The position numbers and the translations under genes were made by a program. DNA of 64,000 bases from Eledone cirrhosa (lineage: Eukaryota): positions 14,880,001-14,944,000 of the forward strand of contig OZ024752.1 of assembly GCA_964016885.1 (NCBI GenBank), given 5' to 3'. Of the stretch, positions 43,160-54,243 are shown one piece after another. Positions within the stretch are counted from its first letter, which is position 1; the number at the start of each line of letters is the position of its first letter. Under the pieces are notes generated by a model, which saw only the letters and a program-made list of their open reading frames with translations, had not been told where the DNA came from and searched no databases.

Positions 43160-44028
43160 GATTTCAAAATGAGGAAGTTGAATCCGTGACTGTAAATACG
43201 CTGCAGTTAATAAATAATTTGGACAGACATTATGAGAGAAAGCTTTTCAATTTGATGACAAACCAAAATATATTTAAATATAAATAGTATCATGATGAAT
43301 TAAAAGATTGAAGGAAACCGCATTTATTTCTTATTTTATCAACTTTATATTTTAATTGAGCGTGAGTTTACGCTGTATGTAGAGAAATCAATTCCATCTA
43401 AAAAAAAATGTTACATTTAATAATGCACGTCGTTTAAACAATGCTTAAAATATATAATGTTATGGTTGGGTTTGGATGAAATGCTTTAGAAAACAGGTCC
43501 TGGTCGACGGGATCTGAGCCAGTGCTAAATAAATAACTTGCCAAATGATAAGACTATACGTATTTTGAAATATCTTTATATATACGCATAAATCTTAATT
43601 AGTGGAGAATATATCACTTAATTGTCTTAGGCTTGAATTAGTCTTTCTAATAAAAACTGTAAACTTCTATTGTTTATTTCAGATCTATTGACTTCTAGAT
43701 AACCAATTTCCCCAACGAATTGATTTATATAATTTTAGCCAAATTCTTTCTAGGATGATGGTGTATTTATATCATTTATCTTGTTGGAAACATGCTATAT
43801 CCATACTAAAAAAATAAGTCCAATAACCTCAGTATTGCTATCTGAAGTATCTATATGACGTTCGTGAAAGTTTGTTTTTTTTATCACGCACCGCCCATCT
43901 TCACCACTACAACAAGCATAGTTATGTCTATCACAATTGACAACGTCAAACTTAGTAAACTTCACTTCTTTATCAATAAACAATCCTCAAAATCTACAAA
44001 AACAAGAGTGTGGATAATACTGTTTATC

Positions 44029-44198
<170 letters not shown>

Positions 44199-44468
44199 TA
44201 TTCTTCCCCTTCTAAGAATATATATGTATATATATGAAAATTGAATTAATCCTTTCGCCGTATTTTGAGTACAGAAAATAATCTAATACTACGGTTCATA
44301 ATCTCGTATAATGGGAACAAATGAGGACGCATAAGACCCCAATTTACATATCAAATTCAGTTTCGAGCAAGTAATTGCGATTGAATTTGAAAATTCTTAC
44401 CATCCTAAAAATAAAAAGCCCGGCCGCGGGCACAAATTAGATTGCTAGGGCAATCACTGTGGGCCCCG

Positions 44469-44521
<53 letters not shown>

Positions 44522-45367
44522 ACAATGATTAATTGTCATATAATCGATAATAGTCATTTTGCCGATTATTCGATATGCAGATTATATTATTTCTATGTAA
44601 ACATAATTTAAGCACTCCTGTGTATTTAATCCTGAACCTTATACGCGAAACACTGATTTACACAACAGTGCTATAGAATATAATTGGTGAGGTATTGTGC
44701 TCCAATAAAAACATTTGTGAATAATTTTCCTTAATATTCGAAGTTAGAAATTATAATATGAAAAGATGTGGTATCAAATAAGGAAATGTTTTGAGATGTT
44801 GACGTGCATTTCATATAAACTATGAATGCCTTTAAATATGATGATGTAGAAGATATTTAAAATCTATTCAAATATTCCCTTTGATCATGTTATAATTCAT
44901 ATATAATATGAAATTTGATACATTATGCTAAGCCTTAATGCCATAGACTACTCTCTAGAACGCCGCTAATAAATCTCTATTTCTAAAGTCCTCTGTATTT
45001 CAGAAAACAAATTTCTATGCTATATTGAATTCTTCAAAAAGTAAATTTCATTTGGTGATCCATTCATTTATTGATTTCTCTCAATATAATTAGCTGCAAG
45101 CCAATCGCCCATTTCAGTGAGAAGACGGTGTGTTATATAAAATATGTGGAATCTATTTCATGAAGAATTCGTTCGTTACAATGAAACACTAGAAGCCAGA
45201 ACTATTACAACGAACACAAGTAATGTTCAATATGTTACTGAAATAGCCGTCGAAACGACTTGAGCTGTGACGTCGGGGTCAAACATTTTCCTATTACCCA
45301 CTCTACTACCCTAAGTATTGAGTACTCTGGTGCGTTATGGTACATCTGGTTCCTTACCACACTGCGT

Positions 45368-45398
<31 letters not shown>

Positions 45399-45413
45399 AT
45401 ATATATATATTAC

Positions 45414-45457
45414 TCATTTACTCTTTTACCTGTTCCAGCCATCCGGCTGAGGCCATG
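45414..45457 (-). mobile_element. Isolated 3' tail of the CR1-type LINE/SINE family
   Basis: CTTTTACCTGTTCCAGCCATCCGGCTGAGGCCATG matches the tail at 53866-53900 (CTTTTACTTGTTCCAGCCATCCGCCTGACTCCATG). Confidence 0.7.
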
Positions 45458-45533
45458 TAAATGCATATGTGTATATATATATGCATAGGTAAATGCTTAT
45501 GTATTTATAATAATACTATTATACACTATATAC

Positions 45534-45623
45534 AACTATAAACAGGAAAGGTCAGTAATTTATTACTACCTTATTACCAGTAAAAAAAATAGCTCAATGT
45601 AAATACATCAGATGTTTTACAGA
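45534..45623 (+). repeat. Unclassified ~90-bp dispersed repeat; inverted copy at 57615-57706
   Basis: GGTCAGTAATTTATTACTACCTTATTACCAGTAA...ATAGCTCAATGTAA aligns to the reverse complement of 57615-57706. Confidence 0.85.
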
Positions 45624-45902
45624 CCAGGAATATAAATTACACACTAATCAAAACTATGCTCAAATAATTTTAATGCTGACAATCGTTTCTTCCAAACTTT
45701 CGTTTGAAATACTCGGAGCACTAGCAAAGTTTGGACATATAATTAACTTCCTATTCAACTGAACAATCATATTGATACGTGGATATTAATGTTGTCATCA
45801 ACAGTTTCGTATTTACAGAGTAGAATGGATGTGACAGAGATTACAAGAGAACTGTATAATAATTAAAGGTGCACAGAGTGGAATGCATGTGACAGAGATT
45901 AC

Positions 45903-46125
45903 TATCAACAATAGTGACCTTACTAGATCCCAAATTGATGTCATCCTTGCGGCCCGAAAAACCATAATTGCATTTGAGGATCAATTATGGACCCGCAATG
46001 ATACACAGCACAGAAAAAAAAGATTTCAATTTTTTTTAAAAACCCACACCACAAAATACCCCCTCCACCTCATTCCCCCCTACCCCTTACCCTTCTCGAC
46101 CCGAAACACGTAACTACGGTCATGT
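45903..46125 (+). mobile_element. Internally deleted Penelope-like remnant (RT fragment plus C-rich 3' region)
   Basis: Translation SDLTRSQIDVILAARKTIIAFEDQLWTRNDT resembles the PLE reverse-transcriptase segment (I..II.HARKSLLF....W.K). It is followed by HRKKRF and a C-rich tract. Confidence 0.5.
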
Positions 46126-46179
46126 ATGTACTTCTTACCTATCTGCTCTTTCCGCATGTAGAGCGTACTTCACCTTTAT

Positions 46180-46547
46180 ACTGTATATATATGTATATTT
46201 ATGAGTATGTTCGTACGTATTTGTATGAGTGGCCGTACGTATGTATGAGTATGTTTGTGTGTACGTGCATTTATATGTATATGCGTATATGTGTATGTAT
46301 GTGTATTTTGTGTGTATATATGTGTGTATGTGTATATATATATGTGTATATATGTATATGTATGTATATATGTATATATATATGTGTATGTATATATATA
46401 TATATTTTTTTTTGTATATACTTGTGTATGTATATGTATGTGTATGTGTGTATATATGTGTATATGTTTATGTTTGTGTGTGTGTGTGTATATATATATA
46501 TTGATATATATATATATTGATATAAATATATATATATATATATATAC

Positions 46548-46580
<33 letters not shown>

Positions 46581-46747
46581 CATATATATATACATATATA
46601 TATATATATAATATGCTTCCACAGGCGGTATACCGGTTGGGCACTCAGTTCTTACAGAGCAGAGTATGAAATAATATAAAATGAAAAATCAGTGATGCAT
46701 CTAAACTCAACTCTACTTTTGTGTGTAGATATCTATCTATCTATCTA

Positions 46748-46817
<70 letters not shown>
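46180..46817. repeat. Compound (TA)n/(TG)n/(TATG)n/(TATC)n microsatellites
   Basis: Visible, with a short unique interruption at ~46613-46728. Confidence 0.9.
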
Positions 46818-46820
<3 letters not shown>

Positions 46821-47002
46821 TAGATTGGGTTATACACTCAGAACAGTGTTTAACAATTAAGTACCTCAATTGATTTATTACTTAAAATAGAGTCAGGTAT
46901 ACCATGTTGTTTTAAATTAATATTCTTTCAACTTAGCTAGTTGGTCATTTGCTATTGGAACACGTGTATACTTCTATGTGTGTTCATCCCTCTCATATAT
47001 CC

Positions 47003-47044
<42 letters not shown>

Positions 47045-47049
47045 GTAGG

Positions 47050-47181
47050 TCCCGGGTTGAGTCGGGGATAACCACAGTAAGTAAGGTACTCAATACATGG
47101 CAGAGTAAATTTTTTTTATTTTATAGAAGGAGCTTCTACAGGACTAGCACTGTTTCATTCAGATGAAATCTTCAGGAAGCT
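47050..47181 (-). mobile_element. Penelope-type terminal repeat fragment carrying a hammerhead ribozyme; second copy at 50543-50666
   Basis: TCCCGGGTT...TAACCACAGTAAGTAAGGTACTCAATACA...GCAGAGTA...GGACTAG.ACTGTTTCATTC occurs at both loci. Hammerheads in pLTRs are an established Penelope-like feature. Confidence 0.65.
47131..47181 (-). ncRNA. Type I hammerhead ribozyme
   Basis: Minus strand: AGCTTC-CTGAAGA-T TTC ATCT GAA T-GAA-ACAG TGCTAGTC CTGT-A^-GAAGCT. Stem I is 6 bp, core is CUGANGA/GAAA, stem III is ACAG/CTGT, cleavage triplet is GUA. Confidence 0.75.
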
Positions 47182-47337
47182 GGGTGTCATATTAAGTTCT
47201 GGTATTTATACATTTAGGTAGTGGTAAGGGAGGGGTGGTGGATGGGGGGGGGGGGGGTATTTAGATACACAGGACCACTTCATGGCACGGCCGTTTTTTC
47301 TTTGGGGAGTGGTCAATTAGCCAGAGTGCTTTTTTGA

Positions 47338-47490
47338 AATAAATAAATAAGTAAATAAATAAATAAATGAATAAATAGATAAATGAATAAATAAATAAAA
47401 TAAATAAAAAAAAAAAAAATAAAAAATAAAAAAAAAATAAAATAAATAAAATAAATAAAATAAATAAAAAAAAAATAAATAAATAAATAA
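47338..47490. repeat. (TAAA)n / A-rich microsatellite
   Basis: Visible. Confidence 0.95.
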
Positions 47491-48057
47491 GAACCCCAAG
47501 AATAGTAATTCAACAGATATATAGTAGGGATAAATATATATGTGTGTGTGTGTATTCGTGTGTGTGCGCGCCGCTGAGTGTGCGTATGGGTCCACAGTCA
47601 AAAGAGAATGCAATTCACTTTATATGTCTAATTTTGTAAATAATCACCTTTAGAAGTTTTCTAATTCTGTTTCAACTTCTAAATATTGTTAGCTCTGCTT
47701 ATAGTTCCTCGGAATCATTTTCGTGGGAATATTTATCAAAATTATGTGGGTGTAACTATATAATCATCTAAATTCATGTTTCAAATATCTTAGTGCAAAA
47801 TGTTATATTATTATAGAAACTTTGGCATATCGATATTTTCTACAAGCAGACGAATAATAAAGGAAACCGGAACCGGTATTTTTCAATCAATCTAATAATG
47901 GTCTCGTGATATTTCTGTTAATAGATATTAAGTATAGTTTCAATTTGTTATATATGCTCATTTATCTTTGCCAAAATACTTGTTATATATTTACCCAAGT
48001 ATACAGAGTCAAATCTATATGCGAAGTAATTGAATAGCGGGAACATGAGAAAGCCCA

Positions 48058-48462
48058 AATAAATAAATAAGTAAATAAATGTTGTTGTTTTCTCTCTTTC
48101 ACTCACTGCTTCCGTCTCTTTCGCTCTCACCATCTCGCACTATGATAAGCAAATGGGAGTCCACGCACTGGCCACCCCGTGGTTCCGGCCGACACAATAG
48201 AGAAGGCGTTTCCCCGGAAGCTGATGAGGGCGATGCGTTGGAAGAGCCATTCTTGCTCGCGAGATTCAAACCTGCAGGTAGCCAATTCCGTGCCGATGGT
48301 GGTGAGTAGGGAGGTGGTCCTAGGGCCAAGGACACCAGAAGTCTCCACTGTTATGGGCTTGTATGCAGACCTGTCGGAGAGCGACCGGTATTTGGAGAGT
48401 TTACCCTCCTCGGCGCGGAGTGCAGCAGAGCCTGGATTAGTCGTATACTGCACCAGGTTGCA
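48058..48462 (-). mobile_element. 3' end of a CRE-clade non-LTR retrotransposon (restriction-like endonuclease region) with (ATTT)n tail
   Basis: ORF 48127-48453: AALRAEEGKLSKYRSL...PITVETSGVLGP...IG...E.RE..WLFQRIALISFRGNAFSI matches the CRE C-terminal motif (AE..K..KY...P.AVET.G..G...QR.S.A.QRGNA). ATTT repeats at 48058-48080. Confidence 0.8.
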
Positions 48463-48950
48463 ACTAGAGATCGGGTTTTCGTTAAACGGTCACGTTCTAC
48501 TGTATCTATAATATAAAGCTGAGGGCCGTAAGTATGTAACACACGTTTCGCCAAACGGCTGGACCAAACAGCACCAAATTTGCACCATAGATGTAACTTT
48601 TTCCAAGTCAAAAAGTGAGCCTATGTTTGTCTACTGAATTTTGTTAAAAGATTAAAGACATTATTTAAATATTCAATTCTTTAACATTTCAAATGTCAAC
48701 ACTTCCGGTTATACGACATTCCTCACTTTTTCTTATGACGTGGCACAACATTCCCCTCTGTTTCTTAGCCCGTCGTTTTAGATAGATACATAGCTATAAC
48801 ATAGCGCCCTTATAATATGTCTCTGTATATCTCGCTGTCTGCATTAGATAACGTTTTTTCTGCGTTCACAGATTGATTTTTTTAGTTTCAGAAGATCCCG
48901 TTAAGGGTGAAAGCCTTTGCTTAAACTTTAATCTTTTATTTTAATTTATA

Positions 48951-49090
48951 CTAGCTGAATGGCCCGGCGTTGCTCAGGATTTTCTCTAGGGTTCTTATAT
49001 ATTTGATATATTTATCTTTATCGAGCCTCGTGAAATAAATACGTTTGTTTATATTTTGTTATTGCCTATGCAAACATATCTGTACACTAA

Positions 49091-49146
<56 letters not shown>

Positions 49147-49418
49147 TAACAGATTAAAGTTTAAGCAAAGAATTACTGCTTTCAACCTTAACAGGAGCTT
49201 CTGAAACTAAAAAAAATTAATCAGTGAACGCAGAAGTAAATATTTCGAAAAACGTTACACACTATATATATATATACAGTATATATACATATATACACAC
49301 ACATATAGCGTCATAATGTCGTAATGCAGACAGCAGACATACAGACAGATATTTTAAGGGCGCAACGTTATATCTACGTATCTATCTAAAAAGAAAGACT
49401 AAGTATTATAGAGAGAGA
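48951..49418 (-). mobile_element. ~470-bp non-autonomous Helitron nested in opposite orientation
   Basis: Minus strand starts A|TCTCTCTCTATAATAC, has CTGTCTGTATGTCTG, and ends CCTGAGCAACGCCGGGCCATTCAG-CTAG|T. Inserted between A and T with no TSD. Confidence 0.75.
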
Positions 49419-49419
49419 T

Positions 49420-49795
49420 CCCTATGCCGGATGCGTGGTATGTTACACGATGACAGGCATTGGCATCTCACCCTGCAAGAAACAACAACTGCTAAAGTCC
49501 CTTCTCAGCTGCGAAAACCTTTTGCTATTATGCTGCACAGCTGCGATCACGCCGACCCTCTCGCACTGTGGAACAACCACCGCGAAAGTCTAGCTGAGGA
49601 CATCCTCCACCGAACATGCAGACACAATCTGAACGTAACATACGATGTCGTTTTCAATGAGGCGCTCATTTGTCTTGAAAACAGTGTCTTCGAGATTGGT
49701 GGTAGGCCTCTAAGACACTACAGCTTACCTGATCCTGACAGGAGTGTCCAGAGGTCAACGTCTACAGAGCTTCTCCGCCAGACGAGCTACGAGAT
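49420..49795 (+). pseudogene. Helitron RepHel fragment (linker between Rep and PIF1-like helicase domains)
   Basis: GMLHDDRHWHLTLQE...PSQLRKPFAIML..C...DPLALW....SLAEDIL...FNEALICLE....GGRPLRHYSLPDPDR matches the RepHel linker (GLL.DD..W..TL.EA...QLR.LFA.IL..C....P..LW...M.ED). Confidence 0.9.
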
Positions 49796-50231
49796 TTGTG
49801 CTTCTCCCATGGTCAATTGTATGTAGGATGCTGTAGGGTTAGCTCGCCAAGCAATATCTTCATCTTTGCTCCGGAGGGCCGACAAAAAATATTTATGCCC
49901 TGAGGCTCTAATAATGTAATTTAAATATTTTCTGTTACTTGTAATTTCCATTATGGTTGTACAAATTATTGTTTGTTAAAAAATGTGTTCTCTGTTCAGC
50001 CTTTATTGTTGTAACTATCAATTTTCTTTAACGTACTGGCTGCTGAACAGGGGAATCCTAAAAATGGTTCAAACCCAACATCAGAGCACGTTAAGCCCCT
50101 CTCCCCTCCCTGACTTGAGAGGGCATGCGGTATCTTTGCACAGGAGTGTAGGAGGGATTCCTGAAAAGATAAAATGCCGCTATACCTAGCCGGGGCCCAG
50201 CCGAACGGGCCACTAGTAAATAATAAAAGTA

Positions 50232-50342
50232 CATTGACAGAATAGTTAGAGTGTTGGATGAAATGCTTTGCCATGTTTGTTCTGGCTTTGTACGTTCTGA
50301 GTAGAAATCGACTTGTGTGGGGGTCAAAATACCTTTTCGGGC
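50232..50342 (+). mobile_element. Old degenerate tRNA-SINE head
   Basis: TTGACAGAATAGTTAGAGTGTTGGATGAAATGCTTTG...ACGTTCTGAGT has the same layout as the younger SINE copies. Confidence 0.45.
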
Positions 50343-50542
50343 TTGCAGGTTCGTTATTTTCGAGATTCAAACCTCACTATTCGTAGACCTGTCATAATTT
50401 ACAAATAAGAATTAACCTCTTTTTGTGGAAATTACGTTTCTTGCGATCTGCATTGTAATTTAGTTACTCGAGTCCAAAGTTATCTTCAATTATTTACATG
50501 TAGAGATAGACACGTATATATATATATATATATATAAGCTTA

Positions 50543-50720
50543 TCCCGGGTTCAATCGGGGGTAACCACAGTAAGTAAGGTACTCAATACAAAGCAGAGTA
50601 TAAATATATCATATAGAAAGTTTTCTACTGGACTAGAACTGTTTCATTCGGGACAAATCATCCGGGCTTCCTGATGATTTCTGCCGAATGAAACAGTTCT
50701 AGTTCTGTAGAAGCCTTTAT
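50543..50720. mobile_element. Penelope-type repeat with inverted, divergent hammerhead pair
   Basis: 50543-50666 is homologous to 47050-47181, with its ribozyme decayed (core CGGATGA, stem III mismatch). An inverted intact copy follows immediately. Confidence 0.7.
50665..50715 (+). ncRNA. Type I hammerhead ribozyme
   Basis: GGCTTC-CTGATGA-T TTC TGCC GAA T-GAA-ACAG TTCTAGTT CTGT-A^-GAAGCC. The outer stem I pair is G-C here and A-U in the 47.1-kb copy (compensatory change). Confidence 0.8.
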
Positions 50721-50738
50721 ATATATAGTAATAATAAT

Positions 50739-50925
50739 TGTTTCTACTTTAGGCACAAGGCCAGCAACATACCCAGTGCATTACTGGTACTTTATTTTAT
50801 CGACCCCGTAAGGATGAAAGACAAAGTTAACCTCGGCGGGATTTGAACTCAGAATGGCAAGGGCCGTAACTCTATGCGTCAAAGCATGGCGTCCGACCCT
50901 CTACCGACACACCCAGTCCACCGCC
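50739..50925 (-). mobile_element. Full-length tRNA-derived SINE with 18-bp target-site duplication
   Basis: B box GAGTTCAAATCC on minus strand. Near-identical copies at 53305, 53533 and 63347. ATATATAGTAATAATAAT flanks both sides (50721-50738 and 50926-50943). Confidence 0.9.
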
Positions 50926-51015
50926 ATATATAGTAATAATAATAAATTTGAAGACTAAAATCCCAAAGAGGGCTTGATAAGGATAAATATATATCAAATA
51001 TATATGAACCGTAGA

Positions 51016-51086
<71 letters not shown>

Positions 51087-52269
51087 TTATTAACTCTTTT
51101 GCATCTGTGTATATATTTCCATCTAGAAAAAGAAAAAAGTTATTTCGTATCTAAATATTGTCTCTATGATCATACGAACAACCTTACGTCCTACAATAGT
51201 TCTAACTTCTAAAGTTTCGTGCTAATCACGTGTTCATGAAATATATTCTACATATCACATATCAGATCATCTTGTGACTGAAATGGATGGTTTGCTCCTC
51301 AGCTAATTATTTTGAAAGCAATCAATAAATATATTCAAATTTAGTGTCTAGTAAATTCATCTTGCATCTAATTTTGATTACTGTAATAATTACATTAACA
51401 ATAGTGACTTGTTATTTTTATATTATATTTGAAGACTACTATGCGTTGCCCTCGGGCCACATGTGGCTCGTGGGAGAGACATTTTTGTTACTAATATTTT
51501 CCTAAAACCTAGTAAATGTCACTTGTCCCTGCAAACTAGCAAACAATTTTAAGTTCAGCCAGGTTCGGGCCATGTTTCCTCTAGGTGAACGGTGGAATGT
51601 ATTTTTATATTTCAGCCGCTTTCATTTCAATATCAAATCTGAAAAGTAGAAATATGTACCTAATTGAAAATATAATTTTTTTAAAAATTCTTAGTAAGAA
51701 GGTTTCCGAAGTCTACATCAGATTGTTTCAAAAATTTCTTTGGCATAGTGGTAACTAGTATTACAGAAAACTAACTCATACAACAGAACACGAGGAAATT
51801 ATTTTGTTTCATTTCATGAGAAAGGGTAAATTTGACATTTTGCTTTCGTTTCCCTTGTCTTAATACAATACATACTACAATGCATTGCAATTTACCTATG
51901 AAATAAGATGAAATAGAAAAAGACGGAATTTATCAAAAATGAAGTTGAAAAGGGAAATTTACCAAATATTTAAACGAAATTAAGGAAAATATAGCAGGAA
52001 TAATGTGTTTCCCTACACTTCTACTAATTCCAATATCCCACTCACTATCATAAGTTTAGCCATTTAAATATATATATATATATACATATATATATAGCAA
52101 AATGGATAGGAAAAACTTGAACCATTAAGATCTTCTTCCTGAATATGTCAATATTTATAAAACAAATTTTGTATTTTATCTACTGAGGGCGTACCAAAGT
52201 TTTTGCACCCTTGAAATATATATAATAGAATAAATATGGTTTTATAAATATAGTTTCCATTTATTTTAA

Positions 52270-52410
<141 letters not shown>

Positions 52411-53079
52411 CGACCTATCAGCTATATTACAGATTAGCCTTGTAACTGGTAGAAATTCTACACGCTCCTCATTTCACGTTTGGGTATCAAAGCCTCTTTC
52501 CCAGCACGTAATGTTCCTTTTGAGTCCTCAAGTTTGGGACCACTGTACTGGACAGTAATAGATGCTTACATTAATGTTGATCATAATGTATCAAGTTTCA
52601 TATCATACACGAATTATACGCTGATTAAGGTGAACATTTGTATTAATTCTACAGTTCTTCTGCTTCATCATTTTGAAATTACTACATTTCTAAGAAATTC
52701 ATGTTAGCTCTTCCCCCAAAAAAAATTATTTGATTCCACATAATTTCTTGCCAGAAATAACGTCTACCTCAGAATATTACATAACATTACCATATGAAAT
52801 TCATTGTTATAGAGAGCATGGCTGTGTTTGTGAAAGTTATGTAAATGCCCCACCACGTATAATTAACATGATTTTATTGGATTTATGTATTTGTAGAAAT
52901 CAAATGTTTAGCACTTTATATATTTATTAATAGAAACGAAGCCTCCATAGACATGTCATAATTGTTCATATAACTTGACAGAAATACCCGCTATCGGTGA
53001 AGATTTTCCATAAGAGTGGTCACTGCACTGAGCTTTCAATGCCAGTTTCATTCTATTAATTTATTGTCACTAATATTAA

Positions 53080-53295
53080 AAGGTCGTATTGATAGAATCG
53101 TTAGAATGTCGGATAGAATTATTTCTGCTATATGTTCTGGCCATCTTCTGTTCTGAGTAGATACAACAGAGGATTACACTCTGCTTGCCAGATTCCAGAG
53201 CTCGATGAAATAACTGACTAGTCAAGAAATGGGATCGATATCATCGTAATCATCACCCTGCAAATTGGTGGATCAGTATGCAAGTTAGAATTAGT
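53080..53295 (+). mobile_element. Old, diverged tRNA-SINE copy
   Basis: AGAATCGTTAGAATGTCGGATAGAA...TTCTGAGT...CGATGAAATAA...GGGATCGAT...AAGTTAGAA is colinear with the young SINE layout. Confidence 0.5.
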
Positions 53296-53304
53296 AATTA
53301 ATAA

Positions 53305-53490
53305 TTTTTTCTACTTTTGGCACAAGGCCATCAATTAACCAGTACATTACTGGTACTTTATTTTATCGACCCCGTAAGAATGAAAGGCAAAGTTAACCTC
53401 GGCGGGATTTGAACTCAGACCGTAAAGGGACGTAACTATGCTGGAAAGCATGGCGTCCGACCCTCTACCAATACTGCTAATCCACCGCCC
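53305..53490 (-). mobile_element. tRNA-derived SINE, full length
   Basis: Highly similar to 50739-50925 and 63347-63538. A and B boxes on minus strand. TAATTAATAAT on both flanks. Confidence 0.9.
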
Positions 53491-53532
53491 TAAATAATAA
53501 TTAATAATATTCGGAGAAATAATAATTAATAA

Positions 53533-53696
53533 TTGTTTCTACTTTTGGCACAAGGCCAGCAATTACCCAGTACATGACTGGTACTTTATTTTATGGACCC
53601 CGTAAGGATGAAAGGCAAAGTTAACCTCGGCGGGATTTGAACTCAGAATGGCAAGGGCCGTAACTCTAAGCATCAAAGCATGGCGTCCGACCCTCT
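53533..53696 (-). mobile_element. tRNA-derived SINE, 5'-truncated
   Basis: Same family, lacking the first ~25 nt including the A box. Confidence 0.9.
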
Positions 53697-53865
53697 CGGT
53701 GAAAAGTTATATTCTGTTATTCATTCTTTCTGAAGAACATAATCAGAATTGTAGCTTCTATAGAAACAAACATTTATTTAAGGATTTATATACGTACGTA
53801 GGCCTTGTTGGTTGTTTTTAATGTGTTCCTTACTCTAACCAATTTTACATGTTTTATTATTTACG

Positions 53866-54243
53866 CTTTTACTTGTTCCAGCCATCCGCCTGACTCCATG
53901 CTGGGGCACCACACTTGTTGCTACACGTCCTATATCCAGCCTGTGTTGGCTTGCCATTAATGTTGGAGGGAGTTTGTTGCTGCTTCCCTTATATTACCTT
54001 CGGTCCGTGCTGTAGGCTTATCTGGGATCCTGAATAGCAGAGTGTCAAGATGTTTCTCTAAAACATCCACGTCAGCATCATGTAGATCTCTCAAATCTCT
54101 TGGCAGCTTATTGCTGAGTTGTGGGCCTTTGAACCTATGACAATATCTGCTCTTTACTCTAGATGAGAAAAACGGGAGCTTTGGCATCAGACAGTGGCGT
54201 TCTGTTCGGGGGTTGGCCCAGTTCTCAATGCCAAAGTTTGGTC
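53866..54243 (-). mobile_element. 5'-truncated CR1-group LINE: ORF2 C-terminus and 3' tail
   Basis: NFGIENWANPRTERHCLMPKLP...FKGPQLSNKLPRDLRDLHDADVDVLEKHLDTLLFRIPDKPT...AATNSL, then tail GGTGCCCCAGCATGG...GGCTGGAACAAGTAAAAG. Confidence 0.85.

Larger units (their letters stand above)
48505..50216 (+). mobile_element. Non-autonomous (internally deleted) Helitron
   Basis: 5' end A|TCTATAATATAAAG...AAACGGCTGGACC...CCAAATTTG. 3' hairpin GGCCC-AGCCGAAC-GGGCC then CTAG|T (50213-50217). Contains a RepHel fragment. Pairing the two ends into one element is inference. Confidence 0.65.

Noticed and set aside
45069-45152. Possible minus-strand terminal exon FHIFYITHRLLTEMGDWLAANYIERNQ*
   Set aside because: Weak acceptor, no recognisable homology and no consistent gene model with other candidates.
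45815-45902. 30-bp direct repeat with 58-bp period (ACAGAGT.GAATG.ATGTGACAGAGATTAC)
   Set aside because: Only two copies. An ordinary local duplication with no further structure.
46842-46854. Orphan satellite-like 13-14-mers (AACAGTGTTTAAC here, TAAACAATGCTTAA at ~43435)
   Set aside because: Too short and AT-rich to distinguish from chance, with no flanking monomer sequence.
47229-47258. G-rich tract as a functional G-quadruplex
   Set aside because: Mostly a G homopolymer within a transposon-derived region, with no independent support.
51449-51474. GC-rich palindrome CCCTCGGGCCACATGTGGCTCGTGGG (similar GC patch at ~44420-44468)
   Set aside because: Resembles hAT/MITE subterminal motifs, but no TIR pair or TSD could be defined.
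52181-52210. Tc1/mariner-like TIR start (TACTGAGGGCGTACCAAAGTTTTTGCACC)
   Set aside because: No partner TIR or transposase remnant found.
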